A stretch of 64,000 nucleotides of DNA, taken from Octopus vulgaris (taxonomy: Eukaryota). A model generated the notes under the pieces. The model saw only the letters and a program-made list of their open reading frames with translations, was not told the DNA's origin and made no database searches. The first letter of the stretch is position 1; the number at the start of each line of letters is the position of its first letter. Location: contig OX597832.1 of assembly GCA_951406725.2 (NCBI GenBank), positions 61,132,001-61,196,000 of the forward strand. The letters are read 5' to 3'. The translations under genes and the position numbers were made by a program. Shown here one piece after another: positions 1-12,951 of this stretch.

Positions 1-320
1 ATATATATATGTATCAGCATGTTTATGAACATACATGTATACATATATATATATGATGATGATGATGGTCGCTGTATGTTTATGAAGAGCTGGGCTCATT
101 AGTCACCAGTGGAGCCACAAGTGTAAAGTTTTATTTTGTCTGAGTGCACAATGTTCTTATTGGTCAGTGGTGTGTGTTTATACATACATACATACATACA
201 TACATACATACACACATATATATATACATACATACATAAAAACACATATACATATATATGTTTATATACATATGCATAAATATACATATGCATATATATA
301 TATTTATATATACATATGTA

Positions 321-373
<53 letters not shown>

Positions 374-461
374 GCACATATATTTACATATGCATATATA
401 TATGCATATGTATGCAAATATGTAAGTATTTATATGTATGTAAATATATATGTATGTATAT

Positions 462-499
<38 letters not shown>

Positions 500-671
500 A
501 TATATATTTATATATATATATATATACATACATACATATATATATTTACATATACATACATATCTATGTTTATTTAAAAATGGATACGTGTATATAGGTA
601 AATATGTAAATATATGTATATATGCATCTAATGCAGTGTATGTGTATGTAATGCAGTGTATGTATGTATAG

Positions 672-708
<37 letters not shown>

Positions 709-710
709 TC
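1..710. repeat. Compound microsatellite (TA/TACA/GATA/GA)
   Basis: Direct reading; accounts for the YI/HT-rich ORFs here. Confidence 0.95.
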
Positions 711-959
711 TGACAGCACCAGCGTTGTGATGATGATAATGATGATGATGATGCGATAATATTACCGGTGCTGTTATTGTTGATGCCATCGAGAGACAGT
801 TGTTGATAAATTTTTCACTGCTCTATCCTTCATCGTCTGTTGAAATATTCATTAAACAGGTTAGCATGTGAACATGCCATTTAGTTTAGTTCCAGTAGAT
901 TTCCGCTCCTGAACATACGCAGCGGTATATACGCTATTAACAAACACAGGTAGTATGAC

Positions 960-1320
960 AGTGGTCACTCGATCTGCTAGAAACAGCAGCCAAATCTCCT
1001 TTACATTACTCTGTCTCGTTCAAATGAAGGACGTGCCGGATATGGTCTTAGCTGAAATGTTTGTGATCCCATCGCTTCTTAATCAGGCTTGGAGACTAAA
1101 TAAAATGCAGGACAAAATATCGAGAATATAGCTAGAAATAGCAGCCAAATCTTCCAGAAATCTCACCTGGCTGTCTTCATAAAAGAATACATTAGATATC
1201 GAACTCATTTTGTTGTATGACTACAATAAAAGACAGGATTGTCACCGGAGGAATGACTTTAACCAAAGATCTCTTCGATCAGGGTTTACCTTGGACTAAA
1301 CGGCAACATCGACAGCAATC
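960..1320 (+). repeat. Tandem copies of an old dispersed repeat with core CGATCTGCTAGAAATAGCAGCCAAATCT
   Basis: Core near 970 and 1130; the same core recurs four times at 33300-33910 and inverted near 9100, 12320 and 46960. Confidence 0.6.
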
Positions 1321-1551
1321 ACTCAGCCTGTAAACTACTCCTTCTCTTGCCTCAGAGCGATCTTTTCCTCATTTAATAGCCATTGGTTAATCCACATTAC
1401 TCCCTATGGAGAGCAGGGCCTGTTTCTCCAGCTCAGGGTTGGGGAAACTTTTTAGTGCAGCGGGCAAAAATTTCCAAAAGAAAAAGAAAAAAGGTCCGCG
1501 GCGGATCACGATTTCTAACTTTTATATCTGTGTAAATCTTGTATATATCTA

Positions 1552-2121
1552 CACAGACATGCAGGAAGTAAATAGACACCTTTGATTTTTATAATCTTTT
1601 ATTTAATATTAATTGGTTGAAGGAGAGGTTTTCTTCTGGCTGCTCGTCCGTAATGCTCAACCTTATGCAGATATGTAACACGCGTTCTTGGACTAACTTC
1701 TAGCTGTTTTGCAATGTCTGAAGCCTTCGAACGGAGTTCATTTTCCACAATTCTCTTCAAACAGCAAAGCTTCGATCCTGAGGGCCCAGGTCGGCCGGGA
1801 CGAGAATCTGTTGATTCTTTTCCTTGGCTTTTGAATTGCACTATAATTCTATTAACAGTAGGAAGAGGAATTTGAAGATTTTCGGCAATTTTTCGCTAGC
1901 TAAGACCAGCCTCAGATTACCCAACAATATGACCTCTTTGAAAATCTGACAGTTCTGCTGAATTTTTTTGTGCGAGGCATGGTTACTCTTCGCAAATGTT
2001 TAATATAGTGGCACTAAAGAATAATTACATTGTAAATTCTACACCGCTGAAAACATATTAAGACGCTTAGATCAGAAATTTTGAAAATTAAAGGTGTCTA
2101 TTTACTTCCTGCATGTCTGTG
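1552..2121 (-). mobile_element. Internally deleted Tc1-like transposon
   Basis: Near-perfect TIRs CACAGACATGCAGGAAGTAAATAGACACCTTT and AAAGGTGTCTATTTACTTCCTGCATGTCTGTG; TA flanks at 1550-51 and 2122-23. Confidence 0.92.
1599..1980 (-). pseudogene. Tc1 transposase N-terminal HTH domain; frameshift and stops, no DDE domain
   Basis: [46 protein letters not shown]...RPGRP...RAARRKPLL is a typical Tc1 paired-like DNA-binding region. Confidence 0.88.
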
Positions 2122-2253
2122 TATGTATAATTCAAGATACATTAATAAAGATAAGTTTAACACATCAAATTAACGCGTAACATCTTCATTAACGACGCCA
2201 ATGAATTTAGGACCTTTATATCACATATGAGGTGTTCTATATTTTTCAGCTAG

Positions 2254-2594
2254 TAAGGCGACGAGCTGGCAGAAACGTTAGCACGCCGGGAGAAATGCGT
2301 AGCCGTATTTCGTCTGTCATTACGTTGTGAGTTCAAATTCCGCCGAGGTCGACTTTGCCTTTCATCCTTTCGGGGTCGATTAAATAAGTACCAGTTACAC
2401 ACTGAGGTCGATATAATCGACTTAATCCGTTTGTCTGTCCTTGTTTGTCTTCTCTGTGTTCAAATTCCACCGAGGTCGACTTTGCCTTTCATCCTTTCGG
2501 GATCGATAAATACGAGTTGCGTACTAGGGTCGATCTAATCGACTGGCTCCTTCATCCAAAATTTCGGGCCTTATGCCTAGAGTAGAAAAGTATG
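2254..2594 (+). mobile_element. SINE family A (tRNA-like head, central GTCGACTTTGCCTTTCATCCTTTCGGGGTCGAT domain), partially duplicated
   Basis: 12-bp TSD TTTTTCAGCTAG at 2242-2253 and 2595-2606; the central domain resembles the Nin/Deu SINE domain from memory. Confidence 0.9.
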
Positions 2595-2880
2595 TTTTTC
2601 AGCTAGAGTGTAGTTGGGTCTCAAGGGGGTGGTACAAACCTAGCAATATGTGTTTTATAGTGAAAACATAATTTCCATTCAAATGGCAATTACTGGACGA
2701 TTTTCTGTTGGAGTTTGACCGTTTGGAAACGCGACCTATGTCGCAAATAGGCATACGAGTATTGTATAAATTTTATGACTGAAAAATTGACTATATTTTG
2801 TACATATGAGTATGCCAGCCTGCGGGCGCAATAAAATGGGCACACGAGCGCAATTGCGCTCGGGGGTTTCCCCACCCCTA

Positions 2881-3078
2881 CTCTAACGTATATATTCCTC
2901 TCTGGACGGGATACCAGTCTATCGCAGGATTATTCACTTTTACCAGCTGAGTAGACTAGAGTAACAGGAAATGAAGTGTTTTACTCAAGAAAACAACCTC
3001 TCGCCCGGTCCAGGAATCGAAACCACTATCCTAGGATCAGGAGTCCAACACCTTAACCACTAAGCCATGCGCCTCCTC
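2881..3078 (-). mobile_element. tRNA-derived SINE (family D-like) interrupted by the hAT element
   Basis: Minus strand has A box TGGCTTAGTGG, B box GGTTTCGATTCC and a CCTGCGATAGACTGGTATCCCGTCCAG domain; appears to resume near 1415-1433. Confidence 0.7.
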
Positions 3079-3434
3079 ACTAACGGCCATTACTATTGAG
3101 AAGTTTCTCGTTTTATGTTTCATTGTTTTTTTTTTTTTTCGTTTAACGTTAATAATTCATGTAAGAATATTTTATAGACCAAATGAAAGAAGATAGTAGA
3201 TGCGTGCTATTTACAAAATAATGCGGCTTTTCAGAATTTCTGAATAACATGATGGTCGCTGACATTGTGTATAAAAACCAAAATAAACAAAAGCACGATG
3301 TAAACTGATCTGTGGTTTAGTAATAGGTTTGCTGGAATGGTTTACGAGATAACTTACTAAAATGGCACGCAAGAATTAGCTGATGCCATCCATTGGTTGA
3401 GGACTTCACTATAACAGTCTTTTTTTTTTTACAA

Positions 3435-3830
3435 TAGATTGCTAAAATCGTTTGCTGCAGAAATTTGCTTCAAATGTTTGCTACAATAGTTCAATAAAAG
3501 TGTTTACTACAATGGTTTGATGAAATGGTTGGCTAGAGTAGTTTATTAAAATGGTTTGCTACAGCTATTTATTAAAAGACTTTGCTACAATGGTTTGCTA
3601 CAAATGTTTACTAAGATGGGTTGCTACAGCAGTTTGCTTCAAATGTTTGCTACAATAGTCTGATAAAATGATTTCCTACGATGGTTTGATGTAATGGTTT
3701 AGTAGAGTAGTTTGCTAAAATGGTTTACTACAATGGTTTACTACAATGGTTTACTACAAATGTTTGCTAAGATGGTTTGATATAGCAGTTTGCTTCAAAT
3801 GTTTGCTACAATAATTTGATAAAATTATTA
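3435..3830. repeat. Minisatellite of ~13-14-bp units (AATGGTTTGCTAC-like) with a higher-order period
   Basis: The variant block TTTGCTTCAAATGTTTGCTACAATA recurs near 3464, 3633 and 3789. Confidence 0.85.
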
Positions 3831-3885
3831 AAGAACGTAAAGACAGCTGAAATACTGCTAAGCATTTTGCCAGGCGTGCTAACGT

Positions 3886-4346
3886 CTTATTTCTTTATTG
3901 CTCACAAAGAGCTAAACATAGAGGGGACAAACAAAGACAGACAAACGGATTAAGTCGATTACATTGACCCCAATACGTAACTGGTACTTAATTTATCGAC
4001 CCCGAAAGGATGAAAGGCAAAGTCGACCTCGGCGGAATTTGAACTCAGAACGTAACGGCTGACGAAGCATCGCTAAGCATTTCTCCCGGCGTGTTAACCA
4101 CTCTGCCAGCTCGCCGCCTTTAACAGAAAGTATTCGTTTCTACTCTAGGCACAAGGCCCGAAATTTTGGGGGAGGGGACAGTCGATTGGATCGACCTCAG
4201 TACGCAGCCGGTACTTAATTTATCGACCCCGAAAGGATGAATGGTAAGTCGACCTCGGCGGAATTTGAACTCAGAATGTAAAGAAAGACGAAATACTGCT
4301 AAGCATTTCGCCCGGCGTGCTAACGTTTCTGCCAGAACGCCACCTT
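3886..4346 (-). mobile_element. Two tandem SINE family A copies
   Basis: Two occurrences of ATCGACCCCGAAAGGATG...GTCGACCTCGGCGGAATTTGAACTCAGAA, each with its head. Confidence 0.9.
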
Positions 4347-4364
4347 GCAAATATAAATATTAAA

Positions 4365-4391
4365 ACATACACACACACACACACACACTCT

Positions 4392-4422
<31 letters not shown>

Positions 4423-4480
4423 GCACACACACACACGCACACACACACACGCACACACACACACACACACACACTCTCTT

Positions 4481-4512
<32 letters not shown>

Positions 4513-4530
4513 GCACATACGCACACATTT

Positions 4531-4576
<46 letters not shown>

Positions 4577-5158
4577 ATGCGCGCGCATATATTACGGCGC
4601 TGCCAAGAATAGCTTTTTGTGCCCTGAAGAAGTCCAGAAGTAGACAAATTTAATCATTAGACCTTGAGACGATCTTGGCGTCTTCTCAAAGTCTTTTTGC
4701 TTTGTAGTCTTGTATAAAACAAACGACAAAAGTCGCTTTTGTGTGTGTGTGTGTATTTGTGTTTTTGCGTGTTTCTCAGTGTATGTCAATGTGCGTGTGT
4801 TTGTTGTGGGCCAGTGTGTATTTGCGTGTATGTGTGTACAAATGTGTGTGTGTGTGCCAGTATATATGTGTGTGCATGTGTGTGTGTATGTATGTGTGTA
4901 TCTGTCAGTGAATGGAAGTGTATATTTGTGTGTGTGTATGTGTGCATATGAGTGTGTGTGTGTGTGCATATGACTGTGTGTGCGTATGAGTGTGTGTGCG
5001 TATGAGTGTGTGTGCGTGCGTATGAGTGTGTGTCTGTGCGTATGAGTGTGTGTGTACGAGTGTGTGCGTATGTGTGTGTGTGCGTATGTGTGTATGAGTG
5101 TGTGTGTGTATGAGTGTGTGTGTGTGTATGAGTGTGCATGTGTGTGTGTTTGTGTGTA
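4365..5158. repeat. (CA)n/(CT)n/(TG)n compound microsatellites
   Basis: Direct reading. Confidence 0.9.
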
Positions 5159-5469
5159 ACCACTCTATTCAGTTGTTTGTATGTTGAGTGAAGACTCTTG
5201 GTGTAAGCTTTCATTTGGCCACTTCTAAAAGCAACGATGAAAATGCATTTCCGTCAAAAACAAAAGTCAATGAAGTGGATCAGAGGGACGCGATTGGGGA
5301 TGTTGTGGCTTTTATAAGTACACTTACTCTTTCGCTTGTTTCAGTAATTAGACTGCGGCCATACTGGAGCACTGCCTTGTCGGGGCAGTCGAACAAATCG
5401 AACCCTGCACTTCTTTTTCAAGTCTCGTACTTATTCTGCTGGTCTCTTGTGATGAACCGTTAAGTCACA

Positions 5470-5624
5470 CAGTTTTATATTTAAAGGAATTATGTACATT
5501 ATTTACATTATTTACATTTGACTGATATTTGTCCTCATCTTTTTTGTTGTTAACACAAATTTTTGGCTGATATACCCTCCAGCCTTCATCAGGTGTCTTG
5601 GGGAAATTTCGAACCTTGGTTCTC
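5470..5624 (-). mobile_element. HHR-bearing tail of the tRNA-HHR element (head missing), inserted within a family B SINE
   Basis: Near-identical to 54812-54960 and 63712-63835; CUGAUGA intact (5586-5592) but GAAACGUU mutated to AAAAAUUU. Confidence 0.75.
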
Positions 5625-5696
5625 AAATAATGTGCTTAAGTTACAGGTATGTAAACCAACCAACACCGGTTGTTAAACGGCTGGCAGAACACACAC

Positions 5697-5783
<87 letters not shown>

Positions 5784-5994
5784 GTGTGCTGGTCATTTGT
5801 CGATAGAATAAATTTTAAAAAGTACTCGCTTCAGCGAGAAGTGAATATCATTTGATGAATATAGTACCTATACGTCAGCTATTTCAAGTTTCAGGTTCGG
5901 ATTGTGCAGTAAACTGACTGGTTTGTATTGTGTACCGTACTCAATCTGGCAATCGTTCCCAACCAGAAATTGCTGGCCGTGTGAAAAATTTAAG

Positions 5995-6051
<57 letters not shown>

Positions 6052-6226
6052 GTGATTGGAAAAATCATCAGAGCTTCGGAGAAAATACTATGCGATTTTC
6101 CTTTTTTAAAAATCCTTCCGATGTCACCGTTGCTTTTCACCCTCACCACGGGGTTCGATAAAATAAAGTTACTGACAAGTACTGGGATCGATGACACTGA
6201 CTAACCCCCTCCTCTAGATTTCAGGC

Positions 6227-6259
<33 letters not shown>

Positions 6260-6284
6260 TTAATAGTAATTTGGAGTAGAGAGT

Positions 6285-6595
6285 AAGTCGATTACATTGG
6301 CCCCAGTGCTCAACTGCTACCTATTTTATCTGCTCGCGAAAGGATGAAAGACAAAGTTGATCACAACGGAATTTGAACTCAGAACACAAGGACAGACGAA
6401 ATTCCGCTAAGCATTTCGCCCGGCGTGTTAACGTTCCTGCCAGCACGCCGCCTTATTACTTTCAAATATTCTTTTCTACTCCAGGCACAAGGCCCGAAAT
6501 GTTTGGGGAGCGGGCCAGTCGATTAGATCGACTCCAGTACGCAACTGGTACTTAATTTATCGACCCCGAAAGGATGAAAGGCAAAGTCGACTTAG
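6285..6595 (-). mobile_element. SINE family A copies (degenerate plus partial)
   Basis: Family A central domain present twice. Confidence 0.8.
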
Positions 6596-6984
6596 GCTGA
6601 TTACTTTCTAATATTGGAGCAGAAATGTGATCTCTGTGTTAGTGTCTAAGGGAGATAATTTTTGCCGGTTTAAAAAATGGACTTTATTTACTGCAGAATA
6701 TTAGCGGAATTTTATAAATTTATTGTGGGAATGGGTTAGTCCAGATGAATCAATGCAAAACATATCGATACTTATTTGATCGATCTCACATCGATACATG
6801 ATAAATTTAACGTCAGCAAAATTTGAAATTAAAATTGTGACATATATACAAATCTTCTGTCTATGAAATATGTAGGTATGTATATATGAACATGGGTGTG
6901 TGCGCATACGTATATGTGTCTGCGTATGTATATATATGCATACACACACACACACACACAGATATACATATGTATGTCTATCTC

Positions 6985-7353
6985 TTCGTGCCATTCCGTC
7001 GGTTGTGACGATGAGGGTTCCAGTTGATCCGATCAACGGAACAGCCTGCTCGTGAAATTAACGTGCAAGTGGCTGAGCACTCAATAGACACGTGTACTCT
7101 TAACGTAGTTCTCGAGGATATTAAGCGTGACACAGAGTGTGACAAGGCCGGCCATTTGAAATACAGGTACAACAGAAACAGGAAGTAAAGAGTGAGAGAA
7201 AGTTGCAGTGAAAGAGTAGAGCAGGGTTCGCCACCACCCAACTGCCGGAGGCTCGTGGAGCTTTTAGGTGTTTTCGCTCAATAAACACACACAACGCCCA
7301 GTCTGGGAATCGAAACCGCGAGTTGCCCTAACCACTGGGCCATTGTGCCTCCA
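6985..7353 (-). mobile_element. SINE family C (tRNA-derived head)
   Basis: Reverse complement of 12552-12951; A box TGGCCCAGTGG and B box GGTTTCGATTCC. Confidence 0.88.
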
Positions 7354-7924
7354 CCGTGTATGTATATTCGTATATATATATATATATATATATATGTCCG
7401 TACACACACACACAAACATATACACACATTTAATGATTTTATCCAATTATTCAATCTGACGCGCGCCATCCTGTCTATCGCTATATTCTAATTTTGAAAC
7501 ACTACAAAATAAATAAATAAATATATAAATAAATAAATAAATAAATGAATAAAAAGCAACAAGGATTGCATTCAAGATTTTCTTTATATTTTAATCTTAA
7601 TCAATTCCACAGGCTTGGTAAAAAAATAAAATAAAAGTGCAGATTAAAATGTCGAAATTTATTAAAAGATGAGATGCAACGTGAAATGATGTCGACGCAC
7701 AGAAAATGAACAACAGAAAGGAAAATTGAAGTTGAATGTCATTGTATCTTCTTGTCTCTGAGTAGCTTCTGTCTCTGGACTGTGGCCATCTAGAGGCACC
7801 GCCTTGGAGAGCATAGGCTGCTACTTATTTTATTAGTCTCTCAGCCGACCGCTAAGTTACGGGGACGCAAACAAACCAACATCGGTTGCTGAGCAGTAGG
7901 GCGCGACAGAAACAAAAACGCACA

Positions 7925-8460
7925 ATCATACACACATACATGCATGCATACATACATAATACATACATACATACATACACACACATACATACCTCATACA
8001 TACATACATCCATACATTCATACATACGTACGTACATATATACGTACGTACATACATACGTAAGTACGTACATACATACGTACATACATACGTACATACA
8101 TACGTGCATACATACGTACGTACATACATGCATACGTACATTCATACGTACATACATGCATATGTACATTCATGCATACGTGCATGCATGCATACATACA
8201 TACATACGTACATACATGCATACGTACATACATACGTAAATACTTGCATACGCACATACTTGCATACGTGCGTACATACATGCATACACACATACGTACA
8301 CACATACGTGCATACATACCTCATACGTGCATACATACTTCATACATACCTTATACATACATACATGCATACCTCATACATATACTAACACATGCATACA
8401 TACTTGCATACATACATGCATACATATATACATACATAATGTATGTGTGTGTGTGTGTAT
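7925..8460. repeat. (CATA)n/(CGTA)n degenerate microsatellite
   Basis: Direct reading. Confidence 0.9.
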
Positions 8461-8635
8461 GTCCCCACAACCACTTGACGACCGGTATTAATGTGTTTAC
8501 GTCCCTCTTATCAGTTATGCAAAAGAGATCAATAGAAGAATGAGTCTTTAAAACCAGTCAACTTGAAATTCTTCAAACCGGTGCCCCAGCTCGGCCGCAG
8601 TCAAATTGCTGGAACAAGCATAAAAGAAGGATTAA

Positions 8636-8910
8636 ACCTTGTGAGTGGATTTGGTAGACGGAAACTTAAAGAAGCGCGTCGTATATATTTGTGTGTGTGT
8701 GTGTGTGTTTGTATGTGTGTCTGTGCACCCCCATTATCGCTTGATAACCGATGTTGGTGTGTTTACCTCCCTATAACAAAGCGGTTCGGCAAAAGAGACA
8801 GTTAGAATAAGTACCAGGCTTACAAAGAATAAGCCCTGCGGTCGATTTGCTCGACTAAAGGCAATGCTCCAGCATGGCCGCTGTCAAATGACTGAAACAA
8901 ATAAAAGAAT
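8636..8910 (+). mobile_element. SINE family B, 5'-truncated
   Basis: Matches the body and tail of 13783-14188. Confidence 0.85.
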
Positions 8911-9192
8911 TGTACCCTGGGCCCAGTTATGTGTAGTAGTACTGGTTGCCAATCCCTGGTCAGCTCTGAATGAGCAGAAACTTGCTGAAAAACGTTCCAA
9001 CCAGAGCCACCTCTTCTTTCTAGCTATGACACCTTTATTCACCGAGTCATTCAATGTGTTTTTAATCTTGTAGCGGAGGATGTTGATTTTAGGATATTTG
9101 ACTGCTATTTCTAACTTGTCAGTCGACCGTCAGCGCAGTTAAGAACAGTGTATGGAAACTTTGCTTACAGTGATAGGTAAAAAGCCACGGAG

Positions 9193-9372
9193 GCACTAGC
9201 GTAGCTCGAGTGTGTGTCACCTCTTTGCCGCTCTCAGGCCCCACAAAAATCACATTGCCTACAGCAGCCCCAAAAGTCCCATCCGAAGCGGCCCTTCCGT
9301 TTGCCTACAACAGACCCAAAGGTGCTGCCTGGGGTAGACCGCCTCTATCACCCCCGCTCCATCACCCCCGCT
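9193..9372. mobile_element. Degenerate hAT-like MITE; related copy at 63048-63238
   Basis: Both copies begin CACTAGCGTAGCT and share CCCCACAAAAA and ATTGCCTAC(A/T)GCAG blocks. Confidence 0.5.
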
Positions 9373-9561
9373 CCATCATAGGTACGTTGCTATATGGAAG
9401 TTTGATTAATTGAAGTATTTGCTGTGTAGTTGGTGTTAAATGGTGCCTGTAGCTGCTGCATATCTGGTATTAGAGGTGTGTTAAACGTGAATCTACCTAG
9501 GCTTGTTTCGTCAAGATGTGCAATCAACACATTCACAGATAGTGATGGAAGGTGCAGTGAA

Positions 9562-9964
9562 AGGCGGCAAGCTGGCAGGCATGTTAGCACGCCGGGCGAA
9601 ATGCATAGCAGTATTTCATCTGCCGTTACGTTCTGAGTTCAAATTCCACCGAGGTCGACTTGCCTTTCATCCTTTCGGGGTCGATTAAATAAGTACCAGT
9701 TACGCACTGGTGTCGATATAATCGACTTAGTCCGTTTGTCTGTCTTTGTTTGTCCTCTCTGTGTTTAGCCCCTTGTGGGTAGTAAAGAAATAGGTATTTC
9801 GCCCGTCGCTACGTTCTGAGTTCAAATTCTGCCGAGGTCGACTTTGCCTTTCATCCTTTCGGGGTCGATAAATTAAGTACCAGTTACGCACTGGGGTCGA
9901 TGCGGTTGACTTAATCCCTTCGTCTGTCCTTGTCTGTCCCTTCTTGTGGGCAATAAAGAAATAA
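9562..9964 (+). mobile_element. SINE family A dimer (full copy plus 5'-truncated copy)
   Basis: 14-bp TSD GAAGGTGCAGTGAA at 9548-9561 and 9965-9978. Confidence 0.93.
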
Positions 9965-10959
9965 GAAGGTGCAGTGAATCTGATTTTTGTGTTGTAGTGC
10001 TTGACACAAATCTGTCTAAGTTTATTTGGCTGTGATAGATGCAATCTGCATCCACCCAATCTCATCGACGGTCAGCGCAGCATATTAATTGAATCCACAC
10101 GACAAATATAAACCCATCCGCCTCGATATGTTCGGTGGAGATAAAGTACAGCATGTATAGACGTGGGTGGTGGTGGTGGCAGAAGGCGGAACAAAACGAA
10201 TAACATGGTTTTCCGCGAGAACTGCTCTAAACGAAAACTAAATGAACGCAGTCTTGGCTGGCGATGCCAGTTAAATAAGAAGACACAGGAAATTTCATTA
10301 AACGAAAGCAATCAATTTTCAAATTCTAAGATCGAATATAAAATTTGACAGAAAGCCTGAGCGTCCGCTGATCTCTTCGCGTTGAAGTTGATACATTGTC
10401 ATAAGCAATAAAAGAGACACGTTTTGGGTCAGCACTTTAAATGTATTCGGTAGAAGGACGGTAAGATGATCAATAGTTATAACTTCGGCTGACCAAAGTC
10501 GTAACACGGTCAGCGTTTCATAACAATTCCTGAATTAAATGGAAACGGTAATTAGAAAGGAGAATTTAATAAACAATAAATAACTTTTCCTATTACAACT
10601 ATTGTCTGCGCACTTGAAATAGTCTGGCTGGAGATCAAAATATTTCGTCTTTATTAGAAATATGGAATAGCGAGAATAAGGAAGCAGATAAACCCAGCCA
10701 GCATGAGAGACGTAGTCAATTGCCGTCGCCGCCGCCGCCGCCATCTCCACCGCAACTATCTCCACTATCCTCACCACCACCACCACCACCACTACCATCA
10801 TCATCATCACAATCCATCAATGATGATGATAATAATAATAATAATTGCCGTTGGCGTCGCCATTGTTGTTCATGTTTAGTTCACTTGCAGACGTTACAGT
10901 TGTGTTAGAAATTGGTTCTTTATTCTAGCGAAGTTAGAGTTTGTGCAATTCTTGTTGTA

Positions 10960-11240
10960 AAAGTTTATATCATTGAATTTATTATTTAAGTCACTGTTTA
11001 TGGTTCTTTAGTTCTTCACACTTCTCAAAGTAGTCGCTTCTATAATAGTTCTAAAGATTATTAGGTCTATAATTTCTTGTGATGAGAGTTCAAATATTTC
11101 GTATTTCACACATAAAATGGTCTGTAATGTCCAGCTAGGTAAGTTGAATAGATCTCCGTTATATTAAGGCTGCCTTTTTATGCTGTATGGTCGTCTACAT
11201 ACTTAAAGGTTTAGTGAGAAAACCCAGGGGTCAAGCCATC
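10960..11240 (-). pseudogene. Highly decayed LINE reverse-transcriptase fragment
   Basis: Minus strand reads TFKYVDDHTA (YxDD motif) near 11180-11210, with weak surrounding similarity. Confidence 0.35.
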
Positions 11241-11699
11241 GAAATATTTTAACACTAACATAAGTTACCATACATCAAAGGGAGATTCATATAGATATAT
11301 CAAAATTCTTCAATATTGGTAAAGGAGAGCGGAATGGGAGAGCGTAATGAGCCTTGCGAATGTGTTTAATGTTCAGAATCCAACTAGTCTGCAACACCGA
11401 GAATGGTTTAACTATTATCTTCTAAGACGTTGCTGTATCTTACTACAATGACTGAACTTGTTACCGTGTTGGTCTGGTGGTTAGGGTTTTTTTTTTCTTT
11501 TGGAGTTACAGTCTCAATCATGGTCGCGGTTTCGACTCCCAAACTGAGCGAACGTATTGCGTTCTTGAGGGAAACATTTTATTATTTTTTTTGTTTATTT
11601 TTTTATTTATTTATTAAAATTTTTTTTTGCCAGTGGCTTCAGTTCATTCAGCTGAAAATGAGTTCCACCAAAAGCAGGGAGTGTGAGGAATATCCTCAT

Positions 11700-11890
11700 C
11701 GCCTCACCACCACCACCATCATTAACATCACCATCATCATCAATGCCACCACCACCACTACAACCACCACCACCACCACCACCAAAATCAACATCATCAT
11801 AATTGGCACCACCACCACCATCAACATCATCATCATCCAAATGTTATCAACATCAGTGCCACCGCCATCATCACTGTTGTCATCATCATT

Positions 11891-11934
<44 letters not shown>

Positions 11935-12070
11935 TACCGTTGTCATTATCATCATCATCATCATCATCTTCATCATCAGCGCCACCATCATCATCACCGA
12001 TATCCTCCTCCTTCTCATCATCATCATCACCATTGTTGTCATCCTCATCATCATCATCATCATCACCGTC
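11700..12070. repeat. (ACC)n/(ATC)n trinucleotide low-complexity tract
   Basis: Direct reading; explains the poly-T/S/H/M ORFs. Confidence 0.9.
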
Positions 12071-12551
12071 CAGGGGAGTATTACGTTCAGCTTTCGTTCG
12101 CTTTTATTTCACAGACACTCAGATAATCTTGGGCTTGATGAACCTGTAGATGTTTGAATCGTACAGACTCACAACAAAGACCTAATCTCCGGCTAAGAAG
12201 ATTAATCCCCGATTAACCAAAGGTATAAGAACTTTCTATCTCGGAATTTTCCCACGCATAGTGTATCCAAAGTGTACTCTCCCTTTTAAGACTGAAGGCT
12301 CTAATTTGATGGAATTTCATCTGTTATTTCTAGCAGGCCGCGCTACCGTGTAGAAACTCCTCCAGTGTCTTAAAATATACACGTTATGTATATATATATT
12401 ATTATATGTAATATATATACATATATACATATATATATATTATTAATATAATACATATTGTTATGTATTAAAACGTTAAAAGATTTCGCAAACTACCCTT
12501 TAATATCAACTTAAACTATACACTCGTTACGCGAGTTAGCACAGTTTTAAT

Positions 12552-12951
12552 GGTGGAGGCGCAATGGCCGGGTGATTAGGGAGCGGACTCCCGGTGGTGG
12601 GATCGCGCTTTCGATTCCCAGACCGGGCGTTGTGATGTTTATTGAGCGGAAACACCTAAAGCTCCATGAGGCTCCGGCAGTTGGTGGTGGTGGCGAACCC
12701 TGCTCTACTCTTTCACCACAACTTTCTCTCACACTTTCTTCCTATTACTGTTGTACCTGTATTTCAAAGGAGCCAGGCCTGTCACACTCTGTGTCACGCT
12801 GAATCTCCAACCCACCCCCCACCGAGAAGTACGTTATGGCTGCACGTGTCTGTAGAGTGCTCAGCCACTTGCGCATTAATTTCACGAGCAGGCTGTTCCG
12901 TTGATCGGATCAACTGGAACCCTCGTCGTCGCAACCGACGGAGTGCCATGG
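12552..12951 (+). mobile_element. SINE family C, full length
   Basis: tRNA-like head GTGGAGGCGCAATGGCCGGGTG...TTCGATTCCCAGACC; 10-bp TSD CAGTTTTAAT at 12542-51 and 12952-61. Confidence 0.9.

Larger units (their letters stand above)
1434..2880. mobile_element. hAT-like non-autonomous DNA transposon hosting nested Tc1 and SINE insertions
   Basis: Ends CAGGGTTGGGGAAAC and GTTTCCCCACCCCTA; the 8-bp flanks ctccagct and ctctaacg match 5/8, a possible decayed TSD. Confidence 0.55.

Noticed and set aside
3435-3830. CRISPR-like array
   Set aside because: Contiguous degenerate units with no spacers, no cas genes, and a eukaryotic context.
10020-10065. miR-2-like TATCACAGCCA on the minus strand in a weak hairpin
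   Set aside because: Only the first 11 nt match, and the 3' half and star arm do not fit a miR-2 precursor.
11430-12149. 239-aa Thr/Ser-rich ORF resembling a mucin
   Set aside because: Its length comes from ACC/ATC repeats that are open in several frames; there is no splice or domain support.
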